This document shows positions 29,211 through 45,906 of a stretch of DNA of 64,000 bases, one piece after another. The stretch's first letter is position 1. The number at the start of each line of letters is the position of its first letter. The notes beneath the pieces are model-generated. The model was not told the DNA's origin. It did no database searches and saw only the letters and a list, made by a program, of their open reading frames with translations. The DNA is from Chrysomallon squamiferum (Eukaryota > Animalia > Mollusca), in the NCBI GenBank assembly GCA_012295275.1, contig CM022671.1, positions 17,546,001 through 17,610,000 of the forward strand. The letters run 5' to 3'. Both the position numbers and the translations under genes were made by a program.

Positions 29211-30642
29211 TCTAGATAAATAATGAATAATCGGATTTCCATCAATCATCATCTTTTATATAACTCAACTTTTATTCATGATCAAGAATAGATCTCCATT
29301 TATTTTATTTTATTCTATTTTATTTATTTATTTCAGCGCCATATTTATCAGTTTTATCGACCACTTTTCTTTTTAAAAAATTAACACTGCTTACACGTTC
29401 ACTTTGCCATTTCTATAACTAAACATTTCTCAACGTCCTTCTTTATATTTATTTTTTAATTTATTTTTATTTATTTTTTTTTTTTATCTTAGACAACCTG
29501 AAATTAACTAAGCGAATCAAATACGTTTTATGAGGAAATTGAAATTTCCACAAGATGTTATCAAACTTTAATCTCTCGAACTGGACGCCTTGTTTCTCAT
29601 TACACACGCGCAGACAAACACTGGAACGTCAAGAACAAAGCGAATCCGAATGGACCAGCGATCATGTAAATAACGTTTATTTAAATGCCAGACTATTATA
29701 AATGAATTATTCCATCGAGAAACCCAGTCGTGATTGATAATAATGCAGCTGCACCATATCCACCCTTGACCTTTCAAAACAGAGACAGGATCAATTCTGG
29801 CTTTTCCGTTCTTCGGTACCGCGCGTATAAAACTTTAATCTCGGTTTCTCCATTCAGACTTGGTGTGGACATAGTAATGAATGCCATTAAAGGCACAAAC
29901 CATTAGAGAGAGAGAGAGAGAGAGAGCAGTGTTTAGAGTGGACGCATTTAAATGTATAAATATCGGTTATGAAGAAGCTGATTTGTAACAGACATCTTCT
30001 TTTTTATAAAAAAAAAAATCTTTATTTTTCATTTCTGAAGACTGTATGATCAATATGTCGTCTGCTTCCTACGTTTATTAAGGTTAAATGGTTGATTTAT
30101 TTTTCAAAATTTCTCGTCAAAATGCTTTTCTAATTAATTTAGTATATGTTTTTTTTTCCTTCAAAATTTCACATCAATATATCTATCGTCTGCGATCTAG
30201 TTTAGTTCAGACTTAAATGTTAAGCACATTTTTAACATTTTACGTCAAAACGTCTTCTGGATGTAATAATAAATTGTTGATAAATATTATTTTGCTAAGC
30301 AGCGACGAGATTAAAACGAAAAAGAAAGATGAAGCCAAAAATAGCAAAGAAGATGAAAACACATCAAAATAAACAAACACCAACTGAAAAAGTAATTTGT
30401 AATAAAAGCAGACTAAATCGCTAATGTAATATATTTTACGTGTTCGACTGTAAAATCATTTAGATGTAATTCAGACCGACAAATACAAATTAAATTCATA
30501 ATTTTTGCTGTTCATGCAAATGGCACGTTTTGCTTATTTGTTTTACATTTTTTTATTTTTTTTATTTTTTTTTTCAGATTAGAAAAACACAACACCAAAG
30601 AAATAAATAAAAATAAATAAATAAATAAAAGTAAAATAAGTA

Positions 30643-30746
<104 letters not shown>

Positions 30747-31917
30747 TAACAACAAAAAAACAACAACTCAATATTAAACAGGAATATCGGAATTTAGAAC
30801 AGGCAGACAGACATTAAAAACAGAAAGAAAAATATGTTGTGGAATATTTCAACAACCGGTGCAATGCCAATACAAATAGTTCATAAATTATCATCCGGAA
30901 CCATTCAGTGCGCATGTCTGTTCCACCTAAAACAAACAAATAAAAAAAGAAAGGGGAAAACAAAACAGAAAATGATTACACACTGAAAAATCATCAGTGA
31001 GAACCGAGTGACCTAAATATGTTAAGTACTTAACTTGTATCCTTGGAGAAATCACGTTTTCTTTTTTGGGATAAAGCCCATGAAAAATGCATTGCTTTTA
31101 TTATGCGTTAATTTGATTTCTGTTTGAATGGCAACATATGTTTTATTTAACAGTTTGACAGAACGCAACAATTATATTACTTTCTTTCTTTCTTTAGTTG
31201 TTTGTTTGTTTGTTTACATTATTTATTTATTTATTTATTTATTTAATTTCTACTATTAACATAATCTTTAAAAACAAGAAGAAGAAGAACTACAACAACA
31301 ACAACAACGACGACAAGAAGAAAAGATAATACAAAAAAAAGAATAGAAAAATGATTTTGTTACAATTTGCAAAAAATGAAAAACTTTAAAAGAAAACATC
31401 TATTTAATTTTCTTTTCGTATTTTGGGGGATTTTAAAAAAGAATATTAAAAAAATCAATTATTTTATGTTAAAAGATGAAAAAAATTGAAAAAAGAAAAC
31501 TGTTTCTTCTTATGATTTGTAAAATCGAAATTGTATAAATCATATAATTAATATGTCATAACATTATTATACTGACAAAATAAAAATGAAAAAATGTGGC
31601 GGGAAATGGTGGGGAAAAATATAAATAGACACATTAATACTTAATATAAACCATATTTTCATCTTCGCGTCTAAAGAATTTGTGTCTTTATTTTTACACC
31701 AGTAACTTAGAGAATCGTATATTTTAAGTCAAGATACTGTTAGTTAACGTATGAAAAAGACGAATATGTAACATAACACACACACACACATATATATTCA
31801 TAGAGAGAGAGAGAGAGAGAGAGATACATGATATAACAATAATAAGATAAGAATAAGAGAGATAGATAATAACATACAACAATAAATAATAATAATAATA
31901 ACTAAATAATAAAGTAT

Positions 31918-32082
31918 CAGTCAAAACAAAAAAATAAATAAATATTTAAATAAATTATAAAAAAATAAAAACATTTTGCTGTCTCTAAAGTTTCAGTCAA
32001 AACAAAAAATAAAATAAAAAATAAAATAAAATAAATAAATAAATAAATAAATTTAAAAAACAATAAAAACATTTTGCTGTCT
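31918..32082. repeat. Two-copy direct repeat CAGTCAAAACAAAAAA...AATAAAAACATTTTGCTGTCT
   Basis: Copies start at 31918 and 31994. Confidence 0.8.
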
Positions 32083-32180
32083 GCCATTATTTGTTAGCAG
32101 TGATGACTGATTAGCCCCCAAAAAATAAAATAAAATAAAGAATTGAGAGTATAAAATAAATTTAAAAGAACTATATTTCA

Positions 32181-32649
32181 ATAATTTAGATTATATCGGA
32201 ATTAAAAATAATTCAAACAGCAATAACTCAAGTTTAGCGCACTTTTGAACGTAATAATTTTGGCTATATCAGAATTATAATAATTCAAACAGCAATAGCT
32301 CTAGTTTGGCGTACTTTTGAACGTTATAATTTTGGCTATATCAGAATTATAATAATTCAAACAGCAATAACTCAAGTTTGGCGCACTTTTGAACGTAATA
32401 ATTTTGGCTATATCAGAATTATAATAATTCAAACAGCAATAACTCTAGTTTGGCGTACTTTTGAACGTTATAATTTTGGCTATATCAGAATTATAATAAT
32501 TCAAACAGCAATAACTCTAGTTTGGCGTACTTTTGAACGTTATAATTTTAGCTATATCAGAATTATAATAATTCAAACAGCAATAACTCTAGTTTGGCGT
32601 ACTTTTGAACGTTATAATTTTGGCTATATCGGAATTATAATAATTCAAA
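32181..32649. repeat. 72 bp minisatellite, ~6.5 copies
   Basis: GGCTATATC-type anchor at 32262, 32334, 32406, 32478, 32550 (AGCT variant) and 32622. Confidence 0.97.
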
Positions 32650-32985
32650 GAGGTTTAATGATTTAGTTTTAAACATGATATTTTAAGCAGTGTGAGATGA
32701 AAATGCCACACAAAGCTTAACAATCACTATTGATTAACTAATTCACAATGTTGTGTTATAGCCAAACAAACTTCTATTTACAAACTGTTGTGAAGAATAA
32801 CCATAATAATAATACTGATTATAAAAAAACAAACAAAAAAAACGCGTTTTCAGTGGAAATAGAAGATGTCTTGAGATGTGTAAAATAATGTTAATAGTTT
32901 ATTATTCTGAAATGTAAAATGTAAAACACTAGATTTCATCCATACTTACTTACATATGCACATACCGTGCCCGTACGTTCCTGAA

Positions 32986-33304
32986 TAACAAAGTGAATAT
33001 TCAAATTCTTAAAATACATATATACCTACCTACATACATACATACATACATACATACATACATACAAACAAACATACATACATACATACAAACATACATA
33101 CATACATACATACATACAAACATACAAGCATACATACATACATACATACAAACATACATACATACATACATACAAACAAACATACAAGCATACATACATA
33201 CATACATACATTCATACATACCTACAAACATACATACATACATACATACATACATACATAACAAAGTGAATATTCAAATTCTTAAAATACATATATACCT
33301 ACAT

Positions 33305-33344
<40 letters not shown>

Positions 33345-33405
33345 ACATATACATACATACATACATACATACATACATACATACATACATACATACATAC
33401 ATACA

Positions 33406-33439
<34 letters not shown>

Positions 33440-33481
33440 CATACATACATACATACATACATACATACATACATACATACA

Positions 33482-33515
<34 letters not shown>

Positions 33516-33663
33516 CATACATACATACATATATACATACATACATACATACATACATACACACATACATACATACATACATACATACATACATACATAC
33601 ATACATACATACATAACAAAGTGAATATTCAAATTCTTAAAATACATATATACCTACATACAT

Positions 33664-33698
<35 letters not shown>

Positions 33699-33710
33699 TA
33701 CATACATACA

Positions 33711-33776
<66 letters not shown>

Positions 33777-33789
33777 CATACATACATAC
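32986..33789. repeat. Compound tandem repeat: 3 x [TAACAAAGTGAATATTCAAATTCTTAAAATACATATATACCTAC + variable (ATAC)n]
   Basis: Identical ~44 bp head at 32986, 33259 and 33614. Confidence 0.95.
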
Positions 33790-34934
33790 GCATTAACAAA
33801 ATCACACACTGGGGACAATTTCCACAGGTAAAGAAATGCAAGCCTTGGCCGACCTTGAACGGATCACGTTAAGTCGAAGTGACTGACGTTGGAAAAAAGA
33901 GAAATGGATTTATTAATTCACTTTCGCTCGACAGCATACTTGACCTGTCGACACTGTGACCGGTCAGAAGACTAGAAAAAAAAAAGAAATGCATCTAAAG
34001 CTACGACATTCTTTTCATGTTTCGTTGTTGTTGCGTACGGATTGGCCGTCACGAAGATCTGTCATCTGGGTTGTAGAAGTCTGCGGCTTCAGAAATATTT
34101 GACGATGATGATGATGATTAAGATATATTATTAGTTTTAAAGATTCCACACTGTGATGAAATGATGAACCGAAGAAGAAAGAAAAAGTAGGAAAAACAGC
34201 AACAACGACGATCTGTGATTTTGGATATAATTATATTATAATTTATAAATACCGTAAATAACAACAAAACAAAATGACTATATCCGACGACGACAACAGC
34301 AACGACATCAACAACAACGTCAACGACAACAACACATCCACCACCCATTCACCACCACCACCACCACCACCACAATGCTACTGCTAATAATAACAACAGT
34401 AATAATTTGGCATGATTTACAAAAATTCTGCAATTTTTGATATTATATTGTATACACCATCCTTTCCTGATAAATATCAGAACTGATATCTTTGATATTG
34501 TGTATGTTGTGGATAAGGAAGAATGATACAATGAATCAACTATTGCTCTTGGAAGAAACTTGTAGTTGGTCGAGATTACTGCATGGTAATGAAACCTGAT
34601 CCAAATAATACAAGGTACCGATAATCGATTACATAGATATGTAAGTTGGTCCTATATTTGTCTTAATTTGGTGCATGATAGACACATGTTAAGTATATGT
34701 CTGTATCATATAAAATAATATATAAAATGATATATAATAGATAAATAGATAGATAAAATTAAATGAAATGATCGATCATCACTGAAGTCGAGTTATGTTA
34801 ATTATCAAAGACAAATTAATTATAACAAATCAAATTATTCAGACTTGTAACGGTTTGGCATAACATGTCTATTTAAATTATGCCAGGTGTTACTCTGACA
34901 GTCCACTTTTAACCTTATTTACATAATTTATTCA

Positions 34935-34938
<4 letters not shown>

Positions 34939-35007
<69 letters not shown>

Positions 35008-35040
35008 CCTCCCTCCCTCCCTCCCTCACTCTGTTGAAAT
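34939..35040. repeat. (CT)n-(CCCT)n microsatellite
   Basis: Direct reading. Confidence 0.9.
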
Positions 35041-35477
35041 ATTTTTATGAGAGTGGGAAGGTCATTAAATATTCATTCACACACAAACCGTTGATAACTT
35101 TGATGTGTATCGTATCGACCATGTGTTATCGATTATCGTTATTATGTCAGAATAAGGTAAAGCTTTTATTTGTTTTTCCTGACACTTGTAGTTAACTGCA
35201 CAGAACCAGCTGAATATCAGTGAACGAGCGTGGTGTCTCGTGCGTACGACTTAATCAAATATCATCGATTTCGATTATCGATTGCGATGATCGAAAACAA
35301 ATGTGTCACCATGATAGAAATGCTTGATAAAAATGCTTGATAAATATTTCACCACATTAAATGTTTAGACAAATTGACATGATTCATTAATTTCCACATG
35401 ACAACAAAGGCAAAGTACGACTGCTGTATTTGTACAAAATAATTAAATAATAATTTCTGTATTGATATTTTCTATCA

Positions 35478-35680
35478 GGTCCTTAACCAAAGGTTATCGC
35501 TTTAAATGACACACAATAAAAATACGTTCGGTGCATATTACAGCTATACTTGTACACATGAAATTGGTATTTCTTTGCTGGTATTATCTGTATTATCCTT
35601 AACCAAAGTTATCACGCAATATGACACAGATTAGAAATATTTTGAGTGCTTTAAATAAAACTTTGCTTCTTTCCTTTCTT
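35478..35680 (+). mobile_element. Two tandem decayed SINE-like 3' tails
   Basis: CCTTAACCAAAG(G)TTATC...ATGACACA at 35481 and 35597; the second ends TTTTGAGTGCTTTAAATAAAACTTTGCTTCTTTCC, homologous to the reverse complement of the 48 bp unit and of 12977-13020. Confidence 0.55.
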
Positions 35681-36136
35681 CATGGTAGCCATTTTTTTTT
35701 TTTTATTTTTTCATTTTATGCCTTTTTTTTTTTTTTTTTCCTTATGATTCTATTAGTGCTGATGTGTAGTAAAACTGCTGAAGTGGACAACAGTGTCGAT
35801 TCTCATTGCATCAGACGACCGCCATTTTGGACAGTTTTGAGACAAGTGTGTCAAAACGTACAACTGACGATTTCTCTCTACCAAGCTGGTTACTTCATCG
35901 CCGTGTTAAAAAAGCGCAGACTTCGTTCGACATTCCGACGTGTATTAGGTCTGTCAGAGCATGACGAAATTTCTCATGTTATCCTCAGGAGTTAGAAATT
36001 ATTTTGTAAAAAACAATGAAACAGATGCATGTGGAGAATAGAAAACGAAACAGGATAGCAATATAGATACATTAATTCATGCATGTATGCACGGATGGAT
36101 GGATGGATGGATGGATGGATGTGTGTATATCTTAGT

Positions 36137-36633
<497 letters not shown>

Positions 36634-37386
36634 TCCAAGTTCGTTTATTATTAATAGTCCTGCGTTACATAAAGTGATTGTTTCTATATGATAAATAATT
36701 AATACGCTGTGTGCGTACAAAAGTTATGTGGCAACACAGCAAAGAAATGAATTGTTAATCGTATCATGTTATGTCTAAAATGGAACATATGGTATTTCTG
36801 CCAAATTCTTTGTAGTGTTTTTATTTCTGTAATCCTTTAGAGAGAAGCCTCAAAAGATGAAGGGTGGAGAATAGGAGAAGATTTTTGTTTTTTCCCATAA
36901 TCTTTGTCCTGTTATTCCTTATATTTTGAATAGCCAGAGTGATATATATAAAATAAAAGTCGTATATAAACTGCCATAACATTTTGTATATACAATATAA
37001 TGATAGGGGAAAAAAAAATATATATATATATATAAAAATAGAATTAAAATTTAGAAATTTAAAAAACAACAGAAGTTAACTAATAAAATATAAAACAAAG
37101 ATAAATTATAAAAAATAAACAAACGAACAAACAAACAACAGACAAATCCGTGAGCTCTACGTAAGTCAAAGTAACATTAAGCAATATATTTGACAAATCT
37201 CAAGACTCGGGCACAGACACACCGCACCACCCCACCCAGTAATTCGCTTAGATTCGCGCCTGATGTAAAATTAATCTACAAAGTGAAAGCATGTCACAGC
37301 GTAACAAGGGTGCGGAGGTGGGGTCAGTGATGCGGAACGAGCAGCTGTTCACTGCCAGGTCAGATGGGTCGAACTACAATATCCGC

Positions 37387-38820
37387 CCTTCACTTGTATA
37401 ATGAGCTTTACCGTATACTTATACAAGAATCACTTCACTTGTATAATGAACTTTACTGTATACTTATACAAGAATTACTTCACTTGTATAATGAGCTTTA
37501 CTGTATACTTATACAAGAATCACTTCACTTGTATAATGAACTTTACTGTAGACTTATACAAGAATCACTTCACTTGTATAATGAACTTTACTGTATACTT
37601 ATACAAGAATCACTTCACAGAATCACAAAAATCACTTCATTTGTATAATGAGCTTTACTGTAGACTTATATAAAAATCACTTCACTTGTATAATGAGCTT
37701 TAGTGTATACTTATACAAAAATCACTTCACTTGTATAATGAGGTTTACTGTATACTTATACAAGAATCACTTCACTTGTATGATGAGCTTTACCGTATAC
37801 TTATACAAGAATCACTTCACTTATATAATGAGTTTTACTGTATACTTATACAAAAATCACTTCACTTGTATAATGAGCTTTAGTGTATACTTATACAAGA
37901 ATCACTTCACTTGTATGATGAGCTTTACCGTTTACTTATACAAGAATCACTTCACTTGTATAATGAGCTTTACCGTATACTTATACAAGATCCACTTCAC
38001 TTGTATGATGAGCTTTACTGTATACTTATACAAAAATCACTTCACTTGTATAATGAGCTTTACTATATACAAAAATCACTTCATTGTAAATGAGCTTTAA
38101 TAACTTCACTTGTATGATGAGCTTTAGTGTATGCTTCAACTTATATAATGAGCTTTATGTATTCTCATACAAGAATCACTTTAGTGTATACTTATACAAG
38201 AATTGTATAATGAGCTTTACTGTATATTTACACAAGAATAAACTTCACCGCATACTTATACAATAACCACTTCACTTGTATGATGAGCTTTACTGTATAC
38301 TTAACAAAAAAAATGCCTTCACAGTGAGCTTTGTGCTTTATATTTTACATAAACATCAACTTCACTTGAGGTTTAATGAATATTTACATAAAAACATCAC
38401 TTCACTTTATGACGAGCTTTACTGTATACTAACATAAAAATGACTTCACAATGAGCTTTACTGTATATTTACATAAACATCACTTCACTTGAGGTTTAAT
38501 GCATATTTACATAAAAATCACTTCACTTTTATGACGAGCTTTACTGTATACTTACATAAAGATAAAATAAAAACACTTGGATTTTAGAGCTTTGTTGTAG
38601 TATATTTGTACAAAACTCCCTTCACTTGTACGATGAGCTTTACAGTATACTGTACGGGAGAAACATTTAAACGAAAAAAAATCCCTTGACTTGGGGATAT
38701 ATATAAAAAATACATTGACGTCTATGATGTGTTTTATGTTTTCTTGTATATACTGGATGTTCTCATACAGAAATTCCCTTCACTTGTATGATGACCTTTC
38801 TTGCATACAGGACGTACTTA
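37387..38820. repeat. 45 bp minisatellite (CACTTCACTTGTATAATGAGCTTTACTGTATACTTATACAAGAAT); homogeneous to ~38100, decaying to ~38820
   Basis: 15-aa periodicity in the overlapping ORFs; direct reading. Confidence 0.97.
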
Positions 38821-39479
38821 AAGAAAAAAAAAAAAAAAAAAAAATCTATTTACATGAATTATGAGTTTTTATGAAGAAGTAACCAAATCTCCCCTTTTAA
38901 ATAAATGGCCAAACAACAGGCAACGGATTTCCTGGCAAAACACACAGGACTGGGGAAATTCAGGAACGCAGAAAAAAAAAAAGAAATAAAATAAATGACC
39001 GCTAGAGACATATCAATGTTACAACTGGTAAATCTTTAACTGGTGCCACTCTCTGAAATATCCGGCCAGTGGATGGATGTTTTTATCGAAGTGTGAAACT
39101 TTTCCCTTTTTTTTTTTTTTGTTTTTGTTTTTTGGGGGCCATTAGCGTATCACGATAACGTGTTTGGTTTATTGAACCAATATTGATGTTTGTATCGCGA
39201 AGAATCGAATACTTTATTTCGTCTGAAGGAGATACGTTATCTTTCACTTTCAACGCAGCTCGGTGGGATCGATAATCGTTTAAAACAACGAAAGCAGCTC
39301 CAGCGTGACCTTGAGGTTTGGTTTGGTTTTAAAGTGACTCGATGATAAATTTACGTCTTCTGCAGTTACTCGCTGATAGTGGTGTTTTCATTAGCGACCC
39401 CAAAACAGTAAACATTTTTTTGCGGCATGTCATGTCCAGATCCACAGATAACTAAGTACACTGACGTACGGATCATCTT

Positions 39480-39763
39480 CATTATGATTATTATGATTAT
39501 TATTATTGTTGCTGTTGTTGGTGGTTGTGGTGGTGGGTTGTGGTCGTTGTTGTGGTTGTTGTTGTTGTGGTTGTGGTTGCTGCTGTTTCTGCTGCTGCTG
39601 TTATTGTTGTTATTGTCATCATTACTGGTATTGTTAAAAGTAGTGGTAGTCATAATATAATTATCATTATTTTTATCATAACTATCATCATACATCGTCA
39701 TCATCATCATCATCATCACCATCATTATTTTTATCATAATTATCATCATCATCATCATCATCA

Positions 39764-39806
<43 letters not shown>
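39480..39806. repeat. Compound (TGT/TGG)n-(ATC)n-(ATT)n low-complexity block
   Basis: Direct reading. Confidence 0.9.
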
Positions 39807-39807
<1 letters not shown>

Positions 39808-42027
39808 TACCTACGATTGTTTCGTTATTAATTTATTAACACTGAAACGTATTTCATCTGTTTAACTACATTTCAGCAAAGTCGTTCTGTCTGAAAATAC
39901 CAGACGCGTTTGTGGAGACATTATTATTAGTAGTAGCATTGGTATTAGTATTATTACTATCATCAACATCATTATTACACGCATTTCACATTTTTATATA
40001 AAAAAAAACATACATGAAATGTATTTTACATAGCTCCCCGACCTTTGATCTGTAACAAAAGATTTTCCTCCAGTCTTATTTTTCTCGTTTACATTTATTT
40101 CTCATAGATACGTCTTTGTTTAGTTTAATCAGTTTGTTAAGACGTATAAAAAAAGAAAAAAAAAAAAAAAAAAAAAAAACCTCATCTTAGTCTTGCATTC
40201 AGATATTCTGTAATCATATTTTCAATCACCGTAATTATTTTCGTATTCTATCGTATCACAGTACATTATTGATATTACCCATTAAACACAAAAACGTCTT
40301 TTTAACATTTTTTTTTCTTCCCATTCTGCCTTATTGCTTTATCGCTCAGCACCACATGTCTGTAATATAATAATTATTGATCAGGGTGTAGCTATAATAA
40401 AACTTCTTTCTTGTTGGAATAAAATATAATTTATTTCAATCGGCAAAAAAAAAAAAAAAAAAAAAAAAGAAGAAGAAAGAAAAACGAAAAATACGTCTCA
40501 TTGGTTTTAATCTTTTGACTATGGATCCCCAGTTTGACAAAAAAAAGTTATCAAACCTTCACAAACAAAGACAACCACCCGTCTGGAAATTCACCTAGAC
40601 CCGCACCATGCTGACAGTTATTTCAGACTGGTTGTGATCCGCTTTGTTTCCAGTGTCTAACTTCATCTTGTACTTACTTGGCTGAGGTTATGACACTGGG
40701 CACAGAAAGCTCAGTAATGATTTTACTTAAAATACAAAAATAATAGCTCTCTCGTTGCTAGATTATTTTTTTTTCTCCAGTAAATTAGAACAGCTGAAAA
40801 CACGTTTCCCTTCCCAACAACAGGTAATGAGATTAAAATAACGTTTAAAGAACGTGTAATGAAATCCAGCTGTACGAAAGTAATCGTGTCATTAATAAGT
40901 TGACAGTGAAGATGGTATAAAATGGTTTGAATTCTATTTAGAGAGAGAGACACAGAAATGGATAGATAGATAGATACTACATACATAAAGAGAGAGAGAG
41001 AGAGAGAGAGAGAGACGTATGTAAAACATATTGCATGTTCGTGTGTACGTTTATGTGAGCTTGCATATTATTTCTACACGTGCATGTATGCATAAATGTG
41101 TAAGAGAAGCACTCAAAGGGAGAGATAAACGCTTTTTCATAAATATTTATAATGCGATTACTGTTGATCAACAAATTTATGTTCAGTTTCGGTTAAATAT
41201 CTACCTATCCACTTCCCATCCTGTAAGCATGAAACCAAGATATGCAGGCACACAAATACATACATATATACATACACACAGACACATACATACATAAACA
41301 CACACATACATGCATACATAAATATATATATATAAATACATAGATACATACATTATACATACATACACACATTCATATATACATTTGCAGACACCTAAAA
41401 ACACACACACACACTCACACACACACACACACACAAGTACACACAAACGCGAAATGTCACGTTATGAAACAAAGCTATTATAATGCAATCGGGAACAGTA
41501 ACAATGCAGGTTACACACAACTCTCTGTTACTTTATTTACAAAGAAAGACATCTGCTTACGTAGTAAGCAAATCCTCCACAGACGCGAAAATAAAAGGAA
41601 ACACGTGAACCATTTTGCAGCCTTCATTATTACAAGACTGGGTAAACAAGGCCGACATTGTCTTTCGCACAATCAAGAAACACATTGATCTCATTTCTTC
41701 AACACCGACGCTGAAACAGCGAGCCGCCATTCTTTCACCTGTTACCAGTCGATAAACTTACCCTAAATACACCGCGCGTCTGCTTCCCATCAACCATTGG
41801 ATGCTTTGATCGTAAAATTAATTTACAACACGTGCCAAAGAACAAATACGCAATGAGGCAGGATAAGCGAACTGTATAAATTACATACAAACGCGTGATC
41901 GTCTTATATATATATATTATTTTGTTTTTTTGGTTTTTTAATGTCTAGTATGTGAACATAAAAAGAAATTTACGGGTGGGTAAATAAGATTGAGTAATGG
42001 TTTTTGCTGTTTTGTTTTGTGTTGTGT

Positions 42028-42064
<37 letters not shown>

Positions 42065-42356
42065 GAGACAAACAGAACTTTCGTAAGAAATGGTGTGAAA
42101 AAAACAAAATGTCACTGAAATCATTATACAAAGGTGGCTGAAAACTAATTTGTTTTTAATAATTATCCTTGTTGCTATTCTTATTTTTTTTATTCTTAAT
42201 CTTTATAATGATGCTGCTGATGATGATGATAATGATGACGATCATGCAATGTCAATAATAATAATAATAATAAATAATAATAATAATATGCTGTTCTCGT
42301 TTATTATTACTATTATTTATTTATTTATTTAATTATTTATTTATTTATGTATGTAT

Positions 42357-42395
<39 letters not shown>

Positions 42396-42604
42396 TCTAT
42401 TTATTTATCTATTTATTTATTTATTTATTTATTTTATTTATTCGTAAATACAATTTGTTTACGTCATCTGACTATTTTGCAATTATCATTACTCAGACAG
42501 AACATTATTTAAGATCATACGAGTCCTCGTATTTAGCGATATTTATAACTGAAATTATTTTTCACTCACTATAATACACATAAAAAGCAATTTTCTATCT
42601 TTAC

Positions 42605-42661
<57 letters not shown>

Positions 42662-43555
42662 ACACACACACTCACTCAGATACTCACTCACAAAAACACA
42701 CATGCACACATACATACATAATACATACAGACAGACATGCATACATACACATATATAATATATACACACGCACACTCACACACACAAACACACACATAGA
42801 TACATACACAGACATGCATACATGCAAAGAGATAGATCCTACCAGTCTTAGACCACATAGCTAAGATCAAAGCAATTACACAGCTAGACTACGTGAATGT
42901 TAGCTGGCGACTACACATCTTGTACAGAGAGAATAAAATAAACAGCAAACAACGTACAAAACATAAAGAAAGAAATCCCATGGATCACTGAGATCTGACC
43001 AAAGACTGTTATTGTTACTAACAGAAATGGAACTGTTGCCATAGGAAACCATCTAGGTTCATAATAACCATTTCCGAATGTCTGTGATTATGTGAAGATT
43101 TATACTTAATGTATATTAATAGCTGGAATACGTGTCAAGAAAGTTCCGCAAATTGGGTATATTTTGTAAGAACTATTTCGAGTCAAAAGCAAGATTTTGC
43201 AATATAAGAATTATTGTCAGTTAAAACGAAATATTTGAATTAATTTAAGATCTATTGCTAATTTAAATCACGTTTTTATATAAATATAATAATTATTGGC
43301 AATTAAAACAGTGTTTTTAAATTAATGTAAGATTTATTGTCTACTGGACGAAAGTGCTGAAATTGTAATAAGAAAAACTACAAATTAAAACGAAGGATTT
43401 AACGCATACGAACTAGCTTAAATTAAAATCAAGTTTATATTTGTAAACACGTACCTAAATTCGAATACAATCTAGACAAGTTAATACCAAGAATTAATAA
43501 CAATATTTGTTTGACAAAGTACTAATATATATATATATACGTATGTGTGTATGTG

Positions 43556-43586
<31 letters not shown>

Positions 43587-44397
43587 ATATATATATATAT
43601 ATATTATATTATATTATATTATATATCTATATATACATATACAACACACACACACACACCTATATATACACATATACATAAGAAGACTACAAGACTAATA
43701 TATCTGTGATATAACACAGATACCAGACTAATAATAATAACATCATTCTGCAGACAGAGTGTGTGTTACGTCTACACGGTGTAATCATAACTGATGTGTT
43801 CAGTTCAACCGTTCCAGCCTTCACGTCTCTGTCGCCTGACAATCGATGCAGACCTTTTTGCTGAGGCCGTAATTAGTAGAACATAAAATGTTGTGAATTC
43901 TCAGCAGGTAGACAGTTATTATGCTTGAGCAATAACACTAAACACACATCGTTAAAATGGGGCAGGTAGGCACATAAGAAGTAAAAACATGTGGCACTGG
44001 TCGATGGAGTTCTTTGTTTCGCTATCCAGTTTCCCATTAATACTGTGGTGCAGTGTACAAAATTTACAATAACTCTGTCAATAAAATTGATTTGCTTAGT
44101 ACATCTGGCTCGCATAAAGCTTTGGCGCAAAATATATATATCTATGTCTATGAAATATTACCTGTTAGATTTCTTTGTCTAACTTGGGTATGTTCCTGGT
44201 GCCTATTAAGAAAATTTTCTAAAAAATGTTTTTTTTTATCGTTTTCTGGTTGTTTGGATTGTTTCAGTTCCTTGTTTAATTTTGGTTAAATAGTCCACAT
44301 GTTTATTTGTAGAAACAACTTAATGTTACGTTCTGTATATTTCAGAAGTAAATATTTATTTTAAACCGTTCGTTTTTGTTTTACTGGTTCCAGTAGT

Positions 44398-44522
44398 AAT
44401 GATGACGATGATGACAATAATGATAACGATAATGATGTTGTGATGATGATGATGATGATGATGGTGATGATGTTTATGACGATGATGATGATAACAATGA
44501 TGTAACGATAACTGTGATGATC
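44398..44522. repeat. Imperfect (GAT)n microsatellite
   Basis: Direct reading. Confidence 0.9.
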
Positions 44523-45275
44523 CAAAATATCATCGGAATTACAATAAAGATGACAGTTAAGAATATTCCAAATTGATGTTTTAGTACTTCAGTGAAACAC
44601 AAGGTATTCCATGTTACAAATCTCCTCTTCAGTTAAAAATTAAATCATTTTATTGATCTTTCGTTCCTGCACACTGCAGCTACTGAATTATTAATGCCGC
44701 GACGAAATGTAGCAATTATGTTATTCAAGGAAATTTGTATATCCAAATTTGTACACAAATTGATTATAAACGAAGTACTGGCAAAGTAATTGAAGTTATG
44801 TTTTAATGAGGTAAGCTCTTAATGAATTCCAAAGATAGCTCTGCAAGCTTCAGTGACACTATGGTTACGCCATTCAACATAAAACGGCATGGGCTGGGAT
44901 CGCTTCGTGATGCCGGATTTTCCTCCCATAACTAATACAGAACGTGCAAGACCTACATTCTTTCTCGGTCTCTGTAAATTACCTAATGTTCTAACATAAT
45001 AACGCTGTAAGACCACTGATCTCTCTCATTCTCTATTAATTATCTAACTTTCTATCATAAAATTAATATTATTTTGATCTCATAACGTAGGTTCTTGAAT
45101 TATATGGCTACAATATATGTCTATGTTGTAGGATTGTTTCAAAAGACTGACAAAGCTGCTATTTCCAGACAATTATAAATGTGAACAATTTCCTACAGGC
45201 CGACTAAAATACAAATATCAGTTACAAGCAACAGATAATGCCCTTGACCGATACAAATTATACTTTTCGATTTCC

Positions 45276-45906
<631 letters not shown>

